Of a DNA stretch of 64,000 bases, positions 56,120 through 64,000 are shown in pieces; within the stretch, counting starts at the first letter, position 1, and each line of letters starts with the position of its first letter. Origin of the DNA: an uncultured Acidobacteriota bacterium (GTDB lineage: Bacteria; Acidobacteriota; UBA6911); the NCBI GenBank assembly GCA_963827655.1, contig CAWHCF010000049.1, forward strand, positions 288,001-352,000. Direction: 5' to 3'. A model generated the notes under the pieces. The model did not search any database, was not told where the DNA came from, and was given only the letters and a program-made list of their open reading frames with translations. The translations under genes and the position numbers were made by a program.

Positions 56120-56550
56120 CCCGATCAACGCCACGAAGATACGGGTCGCCGGCGAGACGCCCAGCACATCAACCTCGCAGCAGGCGGATCACGTCCGGCA
56201 TCGAAAGCGCCTCTCGGCAGCGAACCGTCACGCCTCGAGCATTCACCACCTCGACCGCCTAGGGTGACGGCGGCGCAAGCAACGGAGGCATCTTGATCTC
56301 GCTGAAGATAACCGCGGGAGTTGTCGTTCGTTTCGCCTCGGCTAGCCAGCGCCTCAGCGTCCAGAGCGACATCCGCTCTCGGGCAGCGAACGCAGCCGCA
56401 GTCAGGCCGCTCTTGTGGAACCGCTCAAGGATCTCGGCGCGCTGCGCTCTATTTGTTCGGCGTGCCTGTTTCGGAATCCGTGCATCCGACATGCCCCCAG
56501 ATTATCCGCTCGAGACAGGGATAGCCAGATGCACCCTGGTTACCGCTTAC
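56120..56550 (-). mobile_element. IS66-family remnant: left end, tnpA (internal TAG at 56259-56261) and 5' tnpB
   Basis: Starts GTAAGCG at 56550; TnpA-like SGLTAAAFAARERMSLWTLRRW; TnpB-like VLGVSPATRIFVAL from 56167. Confidence 0.7.
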
Positions 56551-56904
56551 GAACACATCCCTCTACATTTACAAAGAAGTCGAACGGCCTCCTCTCTGCC
56601 AGTCCGATAACAAGCTGGACCAGGACTGACTCATTGGTGGTCAGCGTATCATCAGCGCCAGCATCAATGGCTTGCTTGCTGCCGGGCCCTCCGTTCCCCT
56701 CTGTGGCACTGACGAGCCTATTCCCATTGGACAGCGTCACGACATTCACTTTGAGGGGTTGGAAGATCTCCTTCGTGCTGGCATTGGTGAGCCTGGCGGT
56801 AATCGTAAACCTGCCAGCGGGCGCACCCGGACTGGGGGTGGGATCAAAGGAGGTTTGTGTCACAACAAAAGTGACCAGATCATTGACAATCTGTTGCTCA
56901 CACA
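56437..56904. repeat. Shared module copy A (C-terminal domain + IS66 end + 5' tnpA)
   Basis: 468 bp, about 7 mismatches versus 60449-60916 by eye. Confidence 0.92.
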
Positions 56905-59900
56905 TCTGCTGCAAGGAGGCGCAATAGCGCCCGCCGGTGTTGGTCGTGGGAGACTCCCCCCCAGACGATCATTTCACTCCCGGTCCAGACCGCAGTGTGA
57001 CCGGATCGTGCACTGGGTGCATTCAGCGTGCTCGTGGGCCTCCAGCTGTCGGTTGCCGGATCGTAGCGCCCGCCGGTGTTGAAGACGGTAGAAACCGGTC
57101 TCCCCCCCAGACGATCATTTCACTACCGGTCCAGACCGCGCTGTGACCAGATCGTGCGCTGGGTGCATTCAGCGTGCTCGTGGGCCTCCAGCTGTCGGTT
57201 GCCGGATCGTAGCGCCCGCCGGTGTTGAGGTAAGGAAGACGGTGCCTCCCCCCCAGACGATCATTTCACTGCCCGGTCCAGACCGCGCTGTGACAGATCG
57301 TGCGCTGGGTGCATTCAGCGTGCTCGTGGGCCTCCAGCTGTCGGTTGCCGGATCGTAGCGCCCGCCGGTGTTGGGTGCGAGATCCCCCCCAGACGATCAT
57401 TTCATGCCCGGTCCAGACCGCAGTGTGACTGGATCGTGCGCTGGGTGCATTCAGCGTGCTCGTGGGCCTCCAGCTGTCGGTTGCCGGATCGTAGCGCCCG
57501 CCGGTGTTGAAGAAGGTAGAAGGAACTGCAGCCTCCTCCCCAGACGATCATTTCATGCCCGGTCCAGACCGCGGTGTGACTGGATCGTGCGCTGGGTGCA
57601 TTCAGCGTGCTCGTGGGCCTCCAGCTGTCGGTTACTGGATCGTAGCGCCCGCCGGTGTTGAAGAGGTAGAAGGACTGGCAGTTCCCCCCCAGACGATCAT
57701 TTCACTCCCGGTCCAGACCGCGCGTGTGACCAGATCGTGCGCTGGGTGCATTCAGCGTGCTCGTGGGCCTCCAGCTGTCGGTTGCCGGATCGTAGCGCCC
57801 GCCGGTGTTGAAGAATAGGAACTCGGCGAGCATCTCCTCCCCAGACGATCATTTCACTCCCGGTCCAGACCGCGGTGTGACCGCTCGTGCGCTGGGTGCA
57901 TTCAGCGTGCTCGTGGGCCTCCAGCTGTCGGTTGCCGGATCGTAGCGCCCGCCGGTGTTGGTAGACAGGGAATCCCCCCCCAGACGATCATTTCATGCCC
58001 GGTCCAGACCGCGGTGTGACCACGTCGTGCGCTGGGTGCATTCAGCGTGCTCGTTGGCCTCCAGCTGTCGGTTGCCGGATCGTAGCGCCCGCCGGTGTTG
58101 AAGTCGAGGGAAATCCCCCCCAGACGATCATTTCATGCCCGGTCCAGACCGCGGTGTGACTGCTTCGTGCGCTGGGTGCATTCAGCGTGCTCGTGGGCCT
58201 CCAGCTGTCGGTTGCCGGATCGTAGCGCCCGCCGGTGTTGAGGCAAGGAAACTCGGTGCCTCCTCCCCAGACGATCATTTCACTCCCGGTCCAGACCGCG
58301 GTGTGACTGCCTCGTGCGCTGGGTGCATTCAGCGTGCTCGTGGGCCTCCAGCTGTCGGTTGCCGGATCGTAGCGCCCGCCGGTGTTGAGGCGGCAGGAAC
58401 CCGGTGCTCCTCCCCAGACGATCATTTCACTGCCCGGTCCAGACCGCAGTGTGACTGGATCGTGCGCTGGGTGCATTCAGCGTGCTCGTGGGCCTCCAGC
58501 TGTCGGTTGCCGGATCGTAGCGCCCGCCGGTGTTGAAGTAGGTAGGAGCACCGCCGCTCCCCCAGACGATCATTTCATGGCCGGTCCAGACCGCGCTGTG
58601 ACCAGATCGTGCGCTGGGTGCATTCAGCGTGCTCGTGGGCCTCCAGCTGTCGGTTGCCGGATCGTAGCGCCCGCCGGTGTTGAGTGGTAGGAAACTCGGT
58701 GCCTCCCCCCAGACGATCATTTCACTCCCGGTCCAGACCGCGCTGTGACCGGCTCGTGCGCTGGGTGCATTCAGCGTGCTCGTGGGCCTCCAGCTGTCGG
58801 TTGCCGGATCGTAGCGCCCGCCGGTGTTGGTAGAAGGGATCCCGGAGACTCCTCCCCAGACGATCATTTCACTCCCGGTCCAGACCGCCGTGTGACCGGC
58901 TCGTGGGTCAGGGGGAGCTGGCGTTGGAGTCCAGGTGTCATCAGCGCACGAGTTCAAGGCCGGCTCTATTTTCGCCAGAAAATACCCATATCCCTGCCCG
59001 GCCACTTCTCCCCGTAGCTGCGGTCGCACTCTACTCCACCACTCTGCGAACGCTTCCTTCTTCCACTCCACGGTCGCCACCTTCAGTCGCGCTCCATCCT
59101 TTTCCACGACTGCCGCCACGTAGAACCGGTCCTCTTCCTCCTGTAACCGGCTCAGCTCACCCAGCGGCAGCCGATCCAACTCCTCCCGTACATCACGCTG
59201 CTCTCCCCCGAACTGGGCGCTAGTTTCCTTTCCTCCCGCGAATAACCGCGCCAGCTCGCGCACCTTCGCCTCCCAGTGCTCGGAACTCAATACCACTCTG
59301 TTCTCATGCTCCGATTCCTCCTGGCTTCCTCCTTTCACCCACTCCAGCTCTCGATACTCCCCGCTCATTTTCCCCATCTGTCTCGGCGTCCCGTACGAGC
59401 TCAGTTCCCCCTCCGCCCGCCGCTTCAGCTCTCCGTGATACCGCTCATCCGAGGCATACCAGCTCCTGATCAGCCGATGCGCCAGCGCCGGCCGCGCCAC
59501 GCACTCCGCGATCACAAAGGGATCATGCCCTAAAGCTGCCCATAGCTCCTCGAGCATCTCCGGCCGTTTCGTCTGCCGGGCCATCCGGTTCATCTCCGCC
59601 TGCAACTGCTCACCTGTAATCGGGCGCTGCCAATAGGCCTCGAGAGCTTCCGACTGGCGCAAATAATCTTTCACCTTCCCGACGATGGTCGAAAGCGGCA
59701 TTACCTGGTCCAATGATGGCTTTGGCTCGGGATTCTCCTCCGGCCATATCCTGTGACGCCAGTAAACTTCCTCGATCGCCCGTTGGTAAACTACACGCTC
59801 TTCGAAGGTCAAACTCCTCTGCTCTGTGTGCACGCCCGCTCTGCCTGCCCCAATCCAGGAATAAGCCAGCGGTGTCGTCGAAATGCCTAAAGCGATCAGC

Positions 59901-59959
59901 ACCAGTGCCAGCCCCACCCCATCTCTGCCGTGATTTGTTGAGTGATTCCGGTCTATCAT
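56540..59959 (-). CDS. Secreted Kelch-type beta-propeller protein (14 blades) with shared C-terminal domain; many frameshifts in the repeats
   Basis: AGGAGG RBS, hydrophobic N-terminus, repeats HTAVWTGSEMIVWGG-x-NTGGRYDPATDSW; last blade NTGGRYCASLQQM runs in frame into CEQQIVND...VRKR. Confidence 0.8.
56925..58905. repeat. 14 tandem ~135-152 bp repeats with invariant scaffold and variable loops
   Basis: CAGACGATCATTTCA occurs 14 times; a ~76-bp core is nearly identical in 13 units. Confidence 0.95.
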
Positions 59960-60275
59960 TGCGGTCCTCCTTGTTTTGAGAGCCCTGCTCAATGAACCGA
60001 GACTACACAAGGCAGCGTTGGATGGGGGGATTCATCCGAGTTCAGCATGAAAGATTCGATGCGCGGACTATATGCTTAGTAAAGCAGCAAATCAATTTCA
60101 GACCCAAGATCTTGCGTGCAAGGGGGCCTCGAGCCTTGTCATAGGAAGCAAAAGGCATATTCATAAAGGATCCTCCTGGAAGATTCCGTTTCTTGCAGCA
60201 TCGCTGACTACGGATCTTTCGACTACTGCCCGCCCCGCAAGGCGGTGAAGCCTTTGTGGCGAAGCTCGATGCCAG

Positions 60276-60448
60276 TCACCCGGCGGCGCACGCCTCGGCC
60301 AGGCTCACCCCGTGCAGATTGCCCATGAGATCCGTCCCCGGTGTGGCGCCCGCGCAGCCGGAGCCTGACAGCAGAGGGTGAGATTCCCCCGATAATCCAG
60401 GTTGAATTCCTCGAGTTCGAGCGGGGCACAGGAGGAAAAAGGAGCGTC
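60276..60448 (-). pseudogene. Radical SAM SPASM-like C-terminal fragment, copy B
   Basis: CAPLELEEFNLDYRGNLTLCCQ...DLMGNLHGVSLAEAC across frameshifts. Confidence 0.45.
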
Positions 60449-60916
60449 GCGCGCTGCGCTCTATTTGTTCGGCGTGCCTGTTTCGGAATCCGTGCATCCG
60501 ACATGCCCCCAGATTATCCGCTCGAGACAGGGATAGCCAGATGCACCCTGGTTACCGCTTACGAACACATCCCTCTACATTTACAAAGAAGTCGAACGGC
60601 CTCCTCTCTGCCAGTCCAATAACAAGCTGGACCAGGACTGACTCATTGGTGGTCAGCGTACCATCAGCGCCAGCATCAATGGCTTGCTTGCTGCCGGGCC
60701 CTCCGTTCCCCTCTGTGGCGCTGAGGAGCCTATTCCCATTGGACAGCGTCACGACATTCACTTTGAGGGGTTGGAAGATCTCCTTCGTGCTGGCATTGGT
60801 GAGCCTGGCGGTAATCGTAAACCTGCCAGCGGGCGCACCCGGGCCGGGGGTGGGATCAAAGGAGGTTTGTGTCACAACAAAGGTGACCAGATCATTGACA
60901 ATCTGTTGCTCACACA
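60449..60916. repeat. Shared module copy B
   Basis: Near-identical to 56437-56904; IS66-like end at 60562. Confidence 0.92.
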
Positions 60917-63281
60917 CCGGTAGTGGAACACCAGCGGAGAGATTCGGGTCGAGCTTGGCGACAAAGACTTCACCGTCGCCTGCAAAGGTCATGTCCGCTG
61001 AGCCTGCCCCGATGCCGGAAAAGTCGGGGGAGGTTGTACCACCCGCCACATAAACATTCCCCATGCTGTCCAGGGCGACGGCACTAGCGCCCTCAAAACC
61101 ACTCCCCCCCAGGAAGGTGGCCGCCAAGAGCGTGCCGAGCTTGGCATCGAGCTTCGCCACAAAGGCGTCATTGGATCCACCAAACGTGCTATCGGCCGAG
61201 CCCACTCCGATCCCAGGAAAGTTGGGGGAGTTTGTAAGACCCGCCACATAGACGTTCCCCATGCTGTCCAGGGCAAGGGCACCAGCGATTTCAGTAAATA
61301 AAGAAGCAGGGCTCCCCCCCAGGAAGGTGGCTCCCAGGAGCGTGCCGAGGTTGGCATCGAGCTTCGCCACAAAGCCTTCCCAGGCTCCAGCAAAAGTACT
61401 GTCGGCCGAGCCCGCCCCAATGCCCGGAAAGTCGGGGGAGGTTGTACCACCCGCCACATAAACATTCCCCATGCTGTCCAGGGCGAGGGCAAAACCTGCG
61501 TCAGAATCACCAATTATGCGGAGACCACTCCCCCCCAGGAAGGTGGCCGCCAGCAGTCTGCTGAGATTGGCATCGAGCTTCGCCACAAAGGCTTCCTGGC
61601 CTCCAGAAAAGGCGCTGTCGGCCGAGCCCACTCCGATCCCAGGAAAGTCGACAGATCCTGTCCAACCCGCCACATAGACATTACCCAGGCTGTCCAGGGT
61701 GAGGACATCGGCGCCTTCACCACGGCTCCCCCCCAGGAAGGTGGCGGCCAGCAGTCTGCTAAGATTGGCATCGAGCTTCGCCACAAAGGCTTCACTGAAT
61801 TCAGAAAAGGTGCTGTCGGCCGAGCCCACCCCGACCCCGGGGAAGTCTGAGGACCCTGTGAAACCCGCCACATAGACATTTCCCATGCTGTCCAGGGCGA
61901 GGGCATTGGCGGAATCACCACTGCTCCCCCCCAGGAAGGTAGCCGCCAAGAGCGTGCTGAGATTGGCATCGAGCTTCGCCACAAAGGCTTCACCGAATTC
62001 AGAAAAGGTGCTGTCGGCTGAGCCCGCCCCGACCCCGGGGAAGTCTGAGGACCCTGAGGAACCCGCCACATAGACATTCCCGATGCTGTCCAGGGCGAGG
62101 GCTCCAGCGAAGTCTTCAGCACTTCCCCCAAGGAAGGTGGCCGCCAGGAGCGTGCTGAGATTGGCATCGAGCTTGGCAACAAAGACTTCACGGTTTCCTG
62201 CAAAGGTGCTGTCGGCCGAGCCCGCCCCGATCCTGGGGAAGTCTGAGGACACTGTGGAACCCGCCACATACACATTCCCCAGGCTGTCCATGGCGAGGGC
62301 AGCAGCGAAGTCTTCAGCACTCCCCCCCAGGAAGGTGGCGGCCAGAATAGGATCGATCACCAACTCTTTTGTCTTGTCATACGCGCCAACCTCAAAGCCG
62401 TACTCATTGCCCTTTACTACATAGGCTACCGCCACCAACTCTTGCTTGCCTCTCTCTTCTTGATAGGCCACAGGCTTGGAGAATGTCACTGTCCCCAGCT
62501 TTGTCTTGACTTCCAATTCCCCCTGCTTGGTGATCTTTAATCCCTTCCCGCCTCGCATCCGCAGCTTGATCTGCTCCGGCCGACCTCCAGGTCGCACATA
62601 AAAGAGCTTTTCCGTCGTGTGCCCATAGGCCTTGAGCTTCACTTCCACTCCCGCATACACTTCTCCCAGACTCACACAATCGTATGTGGGAATATCATTC
62701 GTCCACTTCGATCGGTTATTCCCCTTGAAGTAGTTCAGCTTGGTAGTCGTCTTGCCCTCTCCCTGCACTGCTGTCACTGCTCCCCCTACCAGCTCCTCCC
62801 GCAAAGCGACTGCCTGGCCTGGACTTTTTCCCTTCCCCTGGGACAGGGCATACACGAACGCACCTTTCTGTGTTACAAAAACAGTTCCCCCAAAGATAGG
62901 GGCATAGAAGGTGACCTCTGCTTCCGTCTGTCCCTGATTCTTGATAAAAGGAATATGCAGCTTCCCGATCTTCTGCCGGACTGCCTTTAGGAGCTTGTCC
63001 TTGTCGCTATGCGCACGTGATGGCTGCGAGACGTCCTGGTTACCATCGGCGGAGTGGCGATCGGCCCCCAGAGCCCCTGGCCCACCAAAGTGTCCGAAAG
63101 CCAGGAGAGAGACGATCAAGGCCACCACAGACATACGCAGCGCTCTGCCGGACGGCCTCTTGCAACTGTTTTCTGCCTTGGTTTGCCGCTTCAGCTTCGG
63201 CTCCCGCCATGTTTTTGTGTTCTTTTGTGCTGCTTGCGATAGTCGAACTGCTTCCTCTTCCATGTTTATCTCCCTAGCCAC
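60552..63281 (-). CDS. Secreted SBBP-repeat beta-propeller protein (7 blades) with shared C-terminal domain
   Basis: Signal-like segment, FIKNQGQ...ELVIDP N-domain, 7x ATFLGGS...DSxGNVYVAG...FVAKLD, then CEQQIVND...VRKR. Confidence 0.88.
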   Translation of the reverse strand: MAREINMEEEAVRLSQAAQKNTKTWREPKLKRQTKAENSCKRPSGRALRMSVVALIVSLLAFGHFGGPGALGADRHSADGNQDVSQPSRAHSDKDKLLKAVRQKIGKLHIPFIKNQGQTEAEVTFYAPIFGGTVFVTQKGAFVYALSQGKGKSPGQAVALREELVGGAVTAVQGEGKTTTKLNYFKGNNRSKWTNDIPTYDCVSLGEVYAGVEVKLKAYGHTTEKLFYVRPGGRPEQIKLRMRGGKGLKITKQGELEVKTKLGTVTFSKPVAYQEERGKQELVAVAYVVKGNEYGFEVGAYDKTKELVIDPILAATFLGGSAEDFAAALAMDSLGNVYVAGSTVSSDFPRIGAGSADSTFAGNREVFVAKLDANLSTLLAATFLGGSAEDFAGALALDSIGNVYVAGSSGSSDFPGVGAGSADSTFSEFGEAFVAKLDANLSTLLAATFLGGSSGDSANALALDSMGNVYVAGFTGSSDFPGVGVGSADSTFSEFSEAFVAKLDANLSRLLAATFLGGSRGEGADVLTLDSLGNVYVAGWTGSVDFPGIGVGSADSAFSGGQEAFVAKLDANLSRLLAATFLGGSGLRIIGDSDAGFALALDSMGNVYVAGGTTSPDFPGIGAGSADSTFAGAWEGFVAKLDANLGTLLGATFLGGSPASLFTEIAGALALDSMGNVYVAGLTNSPNFPGIGVGSADSTFGGSNDAFVAKLDAKLGTLLAATFLGGSGFEGASAVALDSMGNVYVAGGTTSPDFSGIGAGSADMTFAGDGEVFVAKLDPNLSAGVPLPVCEQQIVNDLVTFVVTQTSFDPTPGPGAPAGRFTITARLTNASTKEIFQPLKVNVVTLSNGNRLLSATEGNGGPGSKQAIDAGADGTLTTNESVLVQLVIGLAERRPFDFFVNVEGCVRKR

Positions 63282-63429
63282 TAGTTTCGCGGCCTCAATC
63301 TGCCATTAGAGGATCCAGGTGCTCTGGCAACTGATCTTTTGCATAGTTTCTCCATCTCTTTCCGTCCCTATGCTGTCGTCTAGGAACAAAAGATGGCTTA
63401 CCAGAGCACTAGCGCATCCCACCCAGAGG

Positions 63430-63713
63430 AGCTTGTGCAATCCAGATACTTCACACGGTACCAGCACGGGAAATGATCCAGCGGCCTCCACGCTCCGTTC
63501 TGCACTCGCAGGTGCTTTCGGCCAGGCAGGTCGTCACCCGGTGGCGAAACTGCGCGCACGCTTCGCCAGACTCACCCGTGCAGATTGCCCATGAGAATCC
63601 GTCGCCGGTGTGGCGCTGCGCAGCCGGAGCCTGACAGCAGAGCGTGAGATTCCCCCGATAATCCAGGTTGAATTCCTCGAGTTCGAGCGGGGCACAGGAG
63701 GACAAAGGAGCGT
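63430..63713 (-). pseudogene. Radical SAM SPASM-like C-terminal fragment, copy C (longer)
   Basis: Same peptide as 60276-60448, continuing to LDHFPCWYRVKYL. Confidence 0.45.
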
Positions 63714-63818
63714 CGCGCGCTGGGCTCTATTTGTTCGGCGTGCCTGTTTCGGAAGCTGTGCATCCGACATGCCCCCCGGAATATCCGCTCGAGACAGGGA
63801 TAGCCGGATGCACCCTGG

Positions 63819-64000
63819 TTACCGCTTACGAATACACCCCTCTACATCCACAAAGAAGCTGAACGGCCTACTCTCTACCAGTCCAATAACAAACTGGACC
63901 AGGACTGACTCATTGGTGGTCAGGGCATCATCAGCGCCAGCATTAATGCTCTGCTTGCTGCCGGGCCTCCTCCGTTCCCCTCTGTAGCGCTGAGGAGCCT
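63819..64000 (-). CDS. 3' end of a third gene carrying the shared C-terminal domain (partial)
   Basis: RLLSATEGNG...SKQSINAGADDALTTNESVLVQFVIGLVESRPFSFFVDVEGCIRKR*; IS66-like end at 63829. Confidence 0.85.
   Translation of the reverse strand, partial: APQRYRGERRRPGSKQSINAGADDALTTNESVLVQFVIGLVESRPFSFFVDVEGCIRKR

Larger units (their letters stand above)
55533..64000. mobile_element. Edge of a genomic island adjacent to tRNA-Pro(CGG)
   Basis: AT-rich stretch 55558-55590 and TGTGCTA direct repeats (55660, 55671) after the tRNA, then IS remnants and duplicated modules; no integrase in the window. Confidence 0.55.

Noticed and set aside
56925-58905. CRISPR array (repeats with unique spacers)
   Set aside because: The constant part is over 100 bp, the variable parts are only ~10-30 nt, the units translate as Kelch blades continuous with a CDS, and there are no cas genes.
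56437-64000. Three independent IS66 insertions
   Set aside because: The identical insertion nucleotide and the identical tnpA breakpoint in copies B and C indicate duplication of one ancestral junction.

Overview
Chromosomal window from a GC-rich bacterium. Acidobacteriota is inferred from the L22 RPAPMGRA motif, the long C-terminal loop insertion in SecY and an Oar-type TonB-dependent receptor. 1-7.2 kb: tatD (partial), polyprenyl synthase, PBP1A, ssb and a direct-repeat-flanked ECF sigma/anti-sigma/MBL-fold cassette. 7.3-27.7 kb: the str-S10-spc-alpha ribosomal cluster (rpsL to rplQ), with no map gene. 27.7-55.5 kb: recG-rsmD, a ~15 kb accessory insert (DUF3238-like secreted gene cluster, pectin-type uptake locus, ECF sigma), coaD-aminotransferase, a two-component pair, lipid kinase, der, IHF/HU, MerR, tRNA-Pro(GGG), surE and tRNA-Pro(CGG). 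55.5-64 kb: the edge of an island next to tRNA-Pro, carrying IS remnants and a tandem array of secreted beta-propeller genes (14 Kelch blades; 7 SBBP blades; a third gene truncated by the window). All three end in the same ~120-aa domain fused at the same nucleotide to an IS66-like left end. The Kelch blades have a near-invariant DNA scaffold with hypervariable loops. Intergenic DNA carries recurrent GATT-NNN heptamer inverted arrays placed right after stop codons, octamer repeats and REP-like palindromes, and the rpsL-rpsG spacer is a 417-nt structured region. Single-base frameshifts in essential genes (rpsG, rplF, secY) point to indel errors in the sequence, so pseudogene calls are tentative. 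All family assignments come from motif recognition, not database searches.
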